A DNA stretch of 64,000 bases from Lama glama (lineage: Eukaryota), in contig CM052817.1 of NCBI GenBank assembly GCA_028534125.1, positions 102,178,001 to 102,242,000 of the forward strand, given 5' to 3'. This document shows positions 12,480 through 24,107 of this stretch, piece after piece (within the stretch, counting starts at the first letter, position 1; each line of letters begins with the position of its first letter). The notes below the pieces were generated by a model. It searched no databases, had not been told where the DNA came from, and was given only the letters and a program-made list of their open reading frames with translations. The position numbers and the translations under genes are program-made.

Positions 12480-13720
12480 TTTTCTCTCTAATACCAAGAA
12501 AACATCACAAACCACGGAGGAATGTGGGTTTATCCACATAAGTTGCTAGAAAAATTGGCAAAGTACATGGGGAAAAAATCAAGTTTGATATTAACCTCAC
12601 ACCAAAATAAATTATACACAGATATGTTAAATGTAAATAATGAAATCATTTAAGGCACAATGAATATATAGGAAAATTCTTGGCTGACTCTTGCACTGGA
12701 AAGAAATTTCAAAGCAAAAAGGAATTACAAAACTAAAACAGATGGACAAAAATCACAAAGGGAAAAGTCGATGCAATGACCACATAACCATTTAAAACTT
12801 CACTGTGTCAAAAACACCACACACAAAAATACCTAAACGCAAATTTGGTATAACGTCTGTATGAAATGAAAAAAAAAGTGATTATGGAAATAAATCTTTA
12901 AAAATAAACATAATATTGATTTCTCATTACCAAAAAATTAGGCAAAGGATATGAACAATAATTCACAGAAGAATAAATATATTTAAAATATTCAGCAGCG
13001 GGGAGGGTATAGCTCAGTGGTAGAGTACATGCTTAGCATGCACAAGGTCCTGGGTTCAATCCCCAGTACCTCCACTAAAAAAAATAATAATAATAATAAA
13101 ATATTCAGCTTCACTAGTGACGAAATAGGTGTAAAACAAAATAATATTTTTCACATACTGGCAATCATTAAAATTGGCAACCATTAAAATAAAATAGCAA
13201 ATTGGCAGTCATTCAAATAATACATTAAGTGTGGCAGAGATAAAATAAATATGCATTTATTTTTAAAGCCTATCTGGAGAATAACTGTTTTTACCACACG
13301 CATATGGTAAACATTCTCCCAAACCTGAAAATATCCCTTGACTCAGTTAGTATATTTCTAGGAATATATGTAGACAAGTATTTGTATAAAAGACATATAA
13401 TATAGCATTATTTATTCTAAAACCTAAAAGTCCATAATAAAAGAATTATTAAATAAATTATACTTCATCCATAAGATAGAATTCAACATAGCCATGGAAA
13501 CTGTGTATACAAAGACACATGTTTAGTGAAAAACGGCCAATAAAAAATTACATATAAAATATCTTACTTATGCAAAAAAAAAATCCAACATATAGAACAA
13601 AAATGAAAAGGAAATAAAGCAAAGGAGGGAACACTTCCAAACCCATTTTGCAAGGCCAGCATTATCTTGATACAAAAATCCTCAAGAAACTATTAGCAAA
13701 GCAAATTTAATAACGCATTC
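12480..13720 (+). mobile_element. Old L1 fragments
   Basis: Degenerate L1 ORF2 and 3' tracts (ggcaaaggatatgaacaataattcacagaaga; cttccaaacccattttgcaaggccagcattatcttgatacaaaa). Confidence 0.6.
13000..13096 (+). mobile_element. Camelid tRNA-derived SINE, short form
   Basis: ggggagggtatagctcagtggtagagtacatgcttagcatgcacaaggtcctgggttcaatccccagtacctcc plus A tail. 13-bp TSD taaaatattcagc at 12984-12996 and 13097-13109. Confidence 0.95.
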
Positions 13721-13788
13721 TTGAAGATCCACTAAATGCAGATGTATGGGAGTTGCAGGAAGGCCTGGGGCATTACTGATTTCTGAAG

Positions 13789-14100
13789 CAGGAGTCTTAA
13801 ATATCTTAGGCTTTGCAGGTCATAAGGCCTCTTTGACAGCTATTCAACTCTCCCATTTTAGCAGGAATGAGCCAGTGATAATATGTCGATGCGTGGCTTT
13901 GTTCCAATAAAAATTTGATTTACTAGCGCCAAACCTGAACTTCATGTCAGATTCACTTACCACAAAATATGATTTCTCTTTCTCTTTTTTTTCCCAATCA
14001 TATAAATATTCAAAACCAATTCTTAACTCACAAGGGCTACAAAAACAGGCAACAGGCTGGATCTGGTCCCTGTGCCTGGACCAGGGTTCGTCAACCCCTG
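13789..14100. mobile_element. MER58-like hAT DNA transposon relic
   Basis: aaatatcttaggctttgcaggtcata...gcgtggctttgttccaataaaa...aaaaacaggcaacaggctggatctgg...tcaacccctg. Confidence 0.75.
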
Positions 14101-15769
14101 ACCTAAAGCATCAGGAGAAACATTTTGTTAGAAAACAGTCAGCACTTCAGGCCCAAGAGAGTGACGTGAGGTGATTTCAGTCTAATGTGTATCAGGGGCT
14201 CATTTGAGATCCTGCATTTGAGCTGGTTTTATAGGCAAGTTCACCCTCCTTTCACTGCCGCCTCTGTGCTGTATTCCTAGAGAAAAGCTAAATTACAAAA
14301 AGGAAGGAGCAACAATACCTGTGGAGGAGGAAGAAGAAGAACCTAAACCACTTTCTTTTATTTCGAGCCCCAGCCAAATGCTTTCACTAAGTTCAAGTTT
14401 TGTTTTGTATCATGCCTTTATGTTTTACAAAAGTTTCTTTTAATAACGCTTGTCATTGGAAAAACTAAAACTAAAAACATTGTCTGCTTTTGTGAAGATC
14501 CTTTTAACCTTAAGCACACACACATACACACTCAAATCAAACAAAAACTAAAAACCCCAAACCCTGCAATGTACCTCTGCTGAAAGGAATCAAAGGAAGC
14601 TCAAGTTAGAGGAACAGAATCACCCAGCCCGCGGGCCACAGAAGTGGGCCTCCCAGAGCCCTTTCCTACCAATGATGCTGCTTTAATGAGGTTGAATCTT
14701 CCAACACAGGTTAAGATACTCATCTTTAAAAGGATAATTAACTGATATTTATGGCATAAAAATTAGGTTGTCAGTAGCAGAGCCACTGATTTATGTTAAA
14801 AATCATACTCACTTTTGCTTTATTTACTAATTCCAGTGGTCTGATTTAGGCTTTTGATAGTCTGAAGAATCTTGTGGCAAAAGAACAGAAATACGGGTAG
14901 CAATTTTAAGTAACTGGTTGCTCAATAGTAACATTCAAAAATCAACGCACTCATAGGAAGTAGCCCAAATCGTATCTAAACCATCTTTCACTTTCAGATG
15001 CACCTGAAAAACACTCAGGACTTGGACTTTCACAAGCTCTAACTGCATTAAGTTTCTTGAGTTTCAAGGTCTCATTTCAATGGTTTGTTAGTGGCGTTAA
15101 CAGTGTTAGTAACAAGAGTAAACTTCTCTCAGGACGTCTTATCATCTACAATTTGCTACTGTCCTCTGTGGTGTTTTCACAAACAGTATCACAGTAAAAC
15201 TTTCACTGTTAAAGGCAGCCATCATTCCCTGCTCTGGTGATCTCACCCAGTCTCATGATTTTAAATACCTCCTATATTAGGACACTTCCAAATACTTTTC
15301 ACTACTCTTCATCACCAGACTATAACAAAATGAAAGAAAAATGTGTTTCAAGAACAAATCAATCTTCAATCGAATGTTTTCATGGTATCCAGGTATCTGG
15401 ATACAAAAAGAATTATATGATCAGAAACATTCTGTGTATTCACAAATGAACTTGCATTACAAATACTATATGATTAGTAGAGATATTCACAGTGTCTAAT
15501 ATCATAAATCCCTAAATAACAAACAAATTCATGACAGGATCTTAGCTAAATATTTCCTCCAAGGGTTTATTTCCCTGAAGCTCAGGCATAAATTCTTTGG
15601 CCAGTTATGAGCCTTATATGAAATTTGGCAGAAGAAACAGGGATTACAAAAGCTGATATCTTATTTTTCTTATTTCCTCCTTCCTCTAGGATTTCACAAT
15701 GGGATTTATGTTCATATCTGCCTCATATGCACATTCATCAGTGCTTTCAAGCTGCTGCATAAATGTCTC

Positions 15770-16090
15770 CTCTTCTCTCTCTCTCTGGATTCCCTTCTCT
15801 GGTGATCTCATCCAGTCTCGATTTTAAATACCTCCTATATTAGGACAACCTCAAAGGAAGAGTTGACTTCCTTGTGCTCCAGACTCACATATGGAAGAAC
15901 CTCCATGACTTGACCACTGGGCAGGGTTCATGGGCATCTCACATTCAACCAAATGTCCAAAACAGAACTTTTCACTTCTTTCCACCCACTGCCTCCAGCC
16001 ACTTCCCTCCAAGTCTTTTCCAATCAAATGGTATCTCCATCCAGCCTGTGGCTCAAGTCAAAAATCTAGGAGTTACCTTCCTAGTCTATC
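15770..16090. mobile_element. L2 fragment
   Basis: ggtgatctcatccagtctc...ggcatctcacattcaaccaaatgtccaaaacagaact...ctcaagtcaaaaatctaggagt. Confidence 0.65.
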
Positions 16091-16760
16091 TCCCAACTGA
16101 GAGGAAAAACACCCAGCAAAATGGCTGTAGACCAACTCTGCCCCTTAATTCAGAAATGGAAGTTACAGAATGAGGCTGAGAGACCACGAGAAAGACGTGC
16201 AGGCCACGAAACACACATGGAGACAGTTGACTTCAAAAATAATTAAGTCATCTAATAAGCTCTGATCTAAGCTTTTTTATATTATTTTTGCCTTTCACAT
16301 AGGGAAAGAAAAAATGCTGATCATGTCCAGTGAATGTTGAGAATATTCTTATTTTTCCAGTAAAAAATTGCAAACAATACAAAAGGTCCATCACAATGGA
16401 GTTGGTTAATGTTAGAGCTATACAGTGGAACTGTACACTTGTGTTAAAAAGAATAAAACAGATCCATGTATACACACATAGAAAAATAACCAGGATGTAC
16501 TGTTAAGAATAGAAGTTGTAAAAATGCATGGGTACAGTAAGAGCCCACTTTTGAGTTTAAAAAGAGTAACATATGTGGTGAAAAAGAGTAACATATGTGG
16601 TGCAATGGTCCTATTGCTTCTGAGTCTAGGGCCTCACAGGCTAAGAGAAGAGAAAGGCTTTTATGATGGTTCTGGAGAGACGAGGGCTCTTTTAGCGCAC
16701 TGAGCTGGGTCGGCGAGGGAGGGAGGGAGGGACTCCTACCCACCATGAGAGATGTCCTTC

Positions 16761-17186
16761 TGAGACAGGAGGGAAGGGGCAGGGCACAACCACTGAAAGA
16801 ATGACACAGCAACTGGGGATAAGACAAACTGGTTAGAACCAAGATGGGGGAAGATTTTGACCCTGAGCCTCATGGCACCCCCACAGGCGCCATGACAGTC
16901 CTTAGGCTGCATAAAAGGTCAACAAGTGCGTGGGGCCCAATTCCTGGAAATCCCCACCCCTTTCCCAAAATATTTGGAATAACCCCTCCTACTCATTAGC
17001 ATATGAAATGACCGAGTCCATAAAAACCAACAACTTCTCTTGTGGTCCTGCTCCCTCTCCCCTTTTGAGACAGCACACATTCTGTCTACGGAGTGTGTAT
17101 CTCTCTAAATAAACTTGCTTTCACTTTACCATGACTCACTCTTGAATTCTTTCCTGTGCAAGGCAAGAACCTATTCTCTGGGAACA
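16761..17186 (+). mobile_element. ERV1-class solo LTR (MER41-like artiodactyl family), copy 1
   Basis: Begins TGAGACAGGAGGGAAGGGGCAGGGCACAACC, has AATAAA near 17108 and U5-like ctcttgaattctttcctg. The 3' end is uncertain: either ...aaca at 17186, or ...ctcca at 17245, where a matching 4-bp cttc follows. Confidence 0.8.
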
Positions 17187-17541
17187 CTATTCTCTGGGAT
17201 AACCCACAGCTGTCCAGGTCGGTGAAGGCTTCTTCCTTGTCTCCACTTCAGGACTAAATCATCTCTCCTCCACTCCGAAGCAAAAAGAGAAGGATCAGAG
17301 AATTATTCAGACTGAAGTTTCAAGAAGAGACAAGGTACTGAGGAAGAAGAGAAAGAGTTATAAAGGCTGACAGACTACAGCAAAGGAATGCTTCTCTGAG
17401 AGAGCGGCCACATGCAAATGGGAAAAAAAGCCCAGGCCGGGGGGAAAGGCACACGGTCAGGGAGACTGGAAGCATCACACCTGACTTTTCCACGCCCTTC
17501 ACACAATCTGGGCTGCGCTGCATGCAAGAATCTAAAATACA

Positions 17542-18153
17542 TTCTGGAACCCTTCAAAAGCAGTCACAACTATTAAGACACAGACAGAATAAGAAGGCTC
17601 AAATATGTAAAAGATAACACCATTAAATAAACCGTACCATGAATAAAACTGGGCCTTCCTGAGACAGGAGGGAAGTGGGCAGGGCACGACCATTGAACAA
17701 ATGACACAGCAATTGAGGAGAGGACATAAACTAGTTAGAACCAACTCAGCCCAAGATGGCAGAAGATTCGCTTCCAGCAGACCCTGAGCCTCACTGTAGG
17801 CTCATAGTAGTACATTAGCTGCTAAATGCCACACCCACAGCCCCCATGTCAGTTCCCATGCTGACCAATTCCTCCCTACCACTTCCCCCAACCAGTTGGA
17901 ATAATCCTCCCACTTGGTGCCGATGAAATCACGCAGCCCATAAATATTAACCAAGCGTTGCACCCCAAGGCTGCCTCTCCTGTCTTCTGAGATAGCCTGC
18001 ACTCTCGTCTGTGTAGTGTGCATCTATCTCCTACGGCCACTGTCACTTCTGGAGACGACTCCATGCTCCAGGGCTGTTCTCCCCTCTGAGACAACCAAAT
18101 TCTGTCTATGGAATGTGTATTTCTCTAAATAAATTAGCTTTCACTTAAAAAAA
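17542..18153 (+). mobile_element. Retrotransposed LTR-terminated transcript: 118 bp unique sequence + LTR U3-R + polyA
   Basis: The LTR starts at 17660 (tgagacaggagggaag). AATAAA at 18128-18133 and polyA from 18147 replace U5. 13-bp TSD aatctaaaataca at 17529-17541 and 18154-18166. Confidence 0.85.
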
Positions 18154-21100
18154 AATCTAAAATACAGAGGAGACCGTAGTGTTTGGGGGCTCCATTTGTG
18201 TGTTCCCCAGCAGAGGAAGAAAATCAGATATGACTTTCCCTGCCATCACCTGCATTCCTTCGACGTGAGCAGCAGGAGGCAAAGGTGATGGGCCACGCGG
18301 TTCCACCTGGCCCACGGCAAAGTGAGGCTTGTTTCCTTTTGATTGGTTTCCTAGTTCAAGACAGAAAGCTGTTGTGCTGGGTTACATCAATGTTACTATT
18401 TCCAGAGGAAATCTTAAAAAACTTAAGAATCTACCCCAGTCTCCTAACAGGTGTTCTCTCTTGGGATGCTATCACGGCCAATGTTCACTTTTTAAAGGAT
18501 GTGTTTTTGTAAGCAGTGTTTTCTGTTGAGCCTGCTTTACTCCGCATGCATATATGTGTGTATAAATATATGAAGCTTCTATGTTGTGTGATTTTTGAGG
18601 GCCACCCTCTTCCCACTTCACCCACGTAGAACACCCTGAAAGCCTGAACAGTCTGGAAAGGGGAGCTAGTTGCTAGATTTCTTTTTTTTTTCAAAGGATC
18701 CTTGTTTAAGCATCTCATTCTCTTTTGGGGAATGAATACCATTATTTAGAATCACGTGACTTTTATCTTTTAGTTGTACCTCTCCTGTATATGTTTTGTA
18801 AAACAAAAGGGTACCCTAAATTTATGCACAGAAGTCTTCCCAGCAGAAGAGTGCTCCCTCAGATATAAACACAGACAGGTGCACCCTAAACTCAAGGGGG
18901 ACCCCTAGGTTTGAAAAGTCCTAATGAAAAGACAGACAGTGGGAGTCAAAGTGAGGGAGTCCACACTGTAAACTTACAGCCGTGAGTTCCAGTACGACTT
19001 ACTGAAACAGCTTTAGCTGCTGTTTTCACGCCTACAAAAGTGTCACCATCACTGTTGGCAAATGCTAAGGTTTGGAAACATAGTATCCTTAGCAGCTTTG
19101 CTTTCCTGGAGGAGGAAAGAAAGCAGTTCACGTAGATTTGAAGGAAGCGTGGGCTGCACTGCTTGGCTCCCTGCTCTCGACACAAACACTTTGTACAGAA
19201 CTGCACGTTGACCTTAAGCGCACTGAGAGGCAACTTCCCATCACACCTCAGTGTCCCCTCTGTAAAGACCTTCAGGAAGAATCTTCCCACGGTCTTTTAG
19301 CTCCAGGGAAGTCAATGCATCTTCTGAGCAGAAGGAATGTTTCTCACTCGGGGACACTGAATCTTGTCACTCCGGGAAATGGTACCAGCTTTAACGCCAA
19401 GTGCGTGATCTTGCAGACCCTATTTCCAGGAACTAAACTCTTCCTGGCTTCATCTTACCACGCTGCTTCCCTTTCCTTTTGCCTTGACTTTCTTAATTTT
19501 CTTTTCATCTTTGTAAATTTCGTGTAGTTTTGTTAGCTGCTTCACATTATATTTTTATTTAGCTGGAGTACAAAATACCATCCTACACCCTTGTGGTGCA
19601 CATGCCCATATATTTTCCTAAACTATTTCAGCTGAAGGTTCTCAGCCCACAGAACATCACCTGAGGGACCCAGGCTGAAGTCCTCAAAGAGCACACCCTC
19701 AAATGGTCCTCCCATCTGTCCTCATAGTCCCCTGTGTTGCTCCATCACTGACCACCCTTGTGGTCTCTTCTCTTCTCCCCCACAGAAAAAAAAAGCTTTT
19801 CAAAGAGAGGGACCATTTCCATGCTGCTCTCTATTATTTCCTACTGCTCAGCATGGTGTTCGGTCCAGCCCAGCACTCAATAATAAAGCCCCCTGCTCCA
19901 AGAGAAACTCTTTCTTCTCATTGACTACATTCTTTTGTACACTCAGAAGTTTATCAAACTTAAATGATGAGTTAAAGCATTTCCAAAGCACCAGCAAATT
20001 TTCTTTCCAATGCAGAGTAGCTTTGGGACTTTTACTGAAAGCCACTCAGGGGAGGGTTTTCTTGGAAAGTACTCAAGCATCCTTAGTGGTAAAAAGCAGG
20101 CAAGTTAAGGAGGAAAGTGAAAGAACGAATCAGAGGACAAAGAGGAATTAAGGTAATAACAGTTGCTAAGAAGGGAGAGAAAAGAGCGTAAGCAGGAAAC
20201 ACTACAGTTTATTAACTAAATGTTTATCTGTGAACAGTATGCTAACATTGCCAATATGTTTTCATTTGACTTAGAAAAAAATGAGGACATATTCAAGGAA
20301 AGAATTCTTACTACCATTTTATAGGTTAGAAAATTGGGTGAGGTGAACATTTGTCATTTTGTAGTTCTAAAGCGTCCTGAGTTTGGGGGAAGAAATTGAG
20401 CAGAATTAGTTGAGACCTCGCTGGGATTTTCTTTTCAGATTTGGTCAGCCTTGAATTTCTTTCTCATATATAATTTCTGTGTCTGTCCTGTTTGATACTT
20501 TATCCTTGGTAGATAGAAGAGTAGCTGGCACATGGTAGGCACTCAATAAATACGGGGGAGAAGGAAGGAAGGAAAGAAAGGAGGGACGGGGGAAGAAGCC
20601 AATTGCCTGCTGTCTGCCACGTGGTAGGAGGCGTTCCGCTGCAAGAGAAGCCTCGAGTTGCCCAGTGATTCCCACGCCTGTTTGGTAATTCTGTCTGGTC
20701 ACTGGTCTCAAAGAACATCCTCTAATCAGCTTTCGAGGTCATAGTGATGAGATGGTAATTCCAGTTTGTTGACTCCTGAGAGCTCTCAATTGGCTCTGAA
20801 CTCAAGAAAGGAACAGAGTTTACTGAGTCCCCAACGCCAACGCTTTGCATTCACAGTTTCCATGGTGTGTCCCTGACCCACCGTTACAACCTATTTTCTC
20901 TTATTTCACGTTTAATGCCTGTGTTCCTGTCAAAACACAATCCACTTGCACACACTCCTTGCTCCAGGATTTGTCCTGTGGTGTTCTCTCTGCAGGGAAT
21001 TCCTTCCCCTCTACTTCAATATGATCTAATCCTCCTAATTGATTCATTTCTTTGACTACAAAGGCCCGATGCAATTGCTACCTCTTCCAAGAATTGCTAT

Positions 21101-22699
21101 CCACCCTGTCCCCAGCCAGCACGACCACTCCCCGCGCACTGCCCCTGCAGGTGCACACACAGTCACAGTCACACACTAGGGGTGACAGCTGAAGCCAGGC
21201 TGGGCTGTCGCTCTGAGTTCGAATCCAAGAAGACCATGGACTGTCCGGCCCATGTCCCATCCCTGGCTGATGCCCGAGTGAGTTTACATGCATGAATGTG
21301 TGTGTGTATCTCTTCCTGCTTTTCTGTCTTCCAAGAATTCCACTGAACGGCTACTTCTTCCCTGATGCACTGAGCTGAAGTGATCTTCCTATCCACCAGA
21401 TGCCCATGACCATCTATCTGTGTCATTCTTATAACACGGACTACTCCCTATTTGATTTATCTGTATGTCTTAAACCTTCCTGCCAACCAACACTTCTTTA
21501 AACAGGATCTCAAGGAACTGGTAGGAATTGGAAAGCCTAAGAAAAGAGGAAGGCATCCTTGGTGAAATGAACAGTCTGAGCAGTAAAATAAGAGCCCTGA
21601 CTATCTAACCCATGCACACGCTGGGGAGAAGAGGCTCAGAGGCAGGTCGTAGGTGCAAAGAGTCCCCATGGCCATTGCACTGTAAAGTAAAACACAAAGT
21701 CAAGAGTGTCCTTTATTCTAACGACATTGGACAGTCCACAAAATTCAGGACAGGGAAGGGACATAAAGGGTTACGTGACTGAACATTTATTAAGGAAAAG
21801 AATCTTACCTATTTCTCAAATCCTATTTCACCACACCGATAATTTGGGCTAGGACGTAATAACTGATTATCTTCTCTCTATCTGTTCTCAACCTCTTTCA
21901 TAAACTAAGCCAAAAGTTTGAAATCAGGGCTACCCAGGTCTAGGATACCTAGTCGACACTCAAGAGGAAAGCTCATTTGCCTCCCTGAAAATGGCCCAAT
22001 TTAGGATGTGGGCTATTTAAATAAACACTGCATCCCATAAAATTTAATACTTTCACTTACACTTCTTAGGCTTCTTACCAAATACGACTTGCTTTTTCGC
22101 AAGACTGTGACACCCTTTAATCCCGTGATGCTGCGTAATCTGGTTTTCTAGAATAACCGTTGCTTCTTGGCGGCCATACTTCCCTGCTCCTTAAGCCTGA
22201 CCGTGCTGTACAATCTGAGTTTTACCCCTCCCGCAGTTAATGTTCTCAAGGACAGACAAAGCATTTACTTTTTACAAGAGATTTCCTTTTAAAAATAGCG
22301 TTTCCTGAGACCCGGGTTTCACCTTTGCCAATGAATTCTGTAGTCCTGGTCTCACAGCAACGGCATCTCAAAATGAGGAGATGAGGGGTGGGCAGGGAAG
22401 CAATTTTCCCTTCTCTCTCATTCACAAGAAAATGAGTAATGAAAACCTGGCACCTCATCTCAGAATATTTGCTCATCTCTCAGCTGGACAGAGTAGAACT
22501 ACATTGAAGGAACGTAGCTAGGAAGCAGAGAGACTGAGGATATCAAAGAAAGTGTGACTAGCAGACCAAGGACCCAGCCTGGAAAAGAGGGTGAGGAGGT
22601 GAGGATGGGCATAGACGTAGAGATGCTTTGGTTTTTGTTTTTGCTTTGGGGAGGGACAGAAGTCCCACCTGATACATGTTTATCTTCTATCCTTTTAAA

Positions 22700-23560
22700 A
22701 AATTTAACTTACTTTAAAAAATTAAAATTGTATATATTTCAGGTGTGCAACATGATGTTTTGATATACCTACACCTAGTGAAATGATTAATACAGTTAAG
22801 TAACTTACATACACATCTCCTTATGAGACAGGTGGGAAGGTGCAAGGGCACAACCACTGAAGGAAGGACACAGCAACAGAGGACAGGACAAACGAACAAA
22901 CCAAGATGGCAGAAGATTTGACTTCCGGTAGACCTTGAGCCTCACGGCACCTTCCACCATCTTGGTGCCTGTTTGTCTTGGTCTCAATTGCTGTGTCCTT
23001 CCTTCAGTGGTTGTGCCCTGCCCCCTTCCCTCCTGTCTCACTTATTGGTTACCTTCATGCATACCAGATGGGACTTCTGTCCCTCCCCAAAGCAAAAACA
23101 AAAACCAAAGCATCTCTATGTCTACACCCAGTATGACTATTTCCAGTGCGTGGGTGTGTGTAGCGAGAGCACCTGATATCTACTCTCTTAGAAAATTTTC
23201 AGGATACAATACAGTATTATGAACCATAGTCATTGTGCTGTGCATTAGAGCTACAGAATGTATGCATCATACGTAACTGAAACTTTGTGTCCTTTGACCA
23301 CGTCCCCATCCTCTTCAATAACCCACTGTTTTATTCTATGTTTCAACACTCTTTGATTCCACATACAAATGAAATCAGGCAGTATTTTTCTTTTGATGTT
23401 TGGCTTATTCCGCTTAGCATAACATCCTCCAAGTTTGTCCATGTTTTCATGAATGGCAGGATCTCCTTTTGTTTTGAGGCTGAATAATCCAACATCTATG
23501 TCCTCACAAAACCTTATCAATGGATAAGCCTCAATGAATCAAAGTGATCAATGGATATTT
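22700..23560 (-). mobile_element. Old L1MA/MB-like 3' end, interrupted by two insertions
   Basis: aaattgtatatatttcaggtgtgcaacatgatgttttgatata...gatatctactctcttagaaaattttcaggatacaatacagtattat...tggcttattccgcttagcataacatcctccaagttt. Confidence 0.85.
22824..23040. mobile_element. Palindromic element of two inverted LTR 5' (U3) ends, TG..CA, 4-bp TSD ctta
   Basis: Left arm 22824-22915 and right arm 22951-23040 are reverse complements (49 of the first 53 nt match). Both are homologous to the LTR start at 16761 and 17660. ctta flanks both sides (22820-22823, 23041-23044). Confidence 0.85.
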
Positions 23561-23639
23561 GTTGATTTGATTTTACTTTCATTCAAGTAAGGAATTCTAC
23601 ATGGTAGATTTTCTCCACGCCCTCTAACATTAGGGACGC

Positions 23640-23790
23640 TAAACAGGATTTTGAATCATGGATCCACCACTTACTAATTGTGTAAAATGGGAATAACAGT
23701 CACTTTCCAGGGTGAAGATTCAATGAAATAATGTACAGAAAGTGCCCAATGCCTGGCATGTAATAAGCACTCAGAAAAACTTAGTTATGA
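23640..23790. mobile_element. MIR fragment
   Basis: ttgaatcatggatccaccacttacta...tgtaaaatgggaataacagt...gaagattcaatgaaataatgtacagaaagtgc...gcctggcatgtaataagcactca. Confidence 0.7.
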
Positions 23791-24107
23791 CTGTTCCCAG
23801 TTCTCATTTTCCTGCCCACCTTCCTGTTTCTTCCCATCACGATGCCAGCCCTTCTGTTGTCACCCTGAGGCTCAGTAGTTCTCAATGACTACACCCCAAT
23901 ACATCATTATAAGGCTCAGCAATGAGGCAGGTCCCAAGGAATGTGCTTATGATACAGTAGAACTTCCAAAGTTCTTGAAAAAATTTTGAAAAATAAATGT
24001 TATTAGATGTCTATCCTTCTAAGGCTTCTCCCCAGAATAATGTTGCTCCTGGTCATTCTCGTTCCAGGAAGCTCCCGACTGCCAGCCCCGATCACTAAAG
24101 TCACCTA

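Noticed and set aside
13000..13075. tRNA-like sequence with A and B boxes
   Set aside because: It has an A tail, a TSD and five dispersed relatives, so it is a SINE rather than a tRNA gene.
17171..17199. 13-bp direct repeat ctattctctggga near the LTR end
   Set aside because: Small local duplication. It only blurs the LTR boundary and is not an array.
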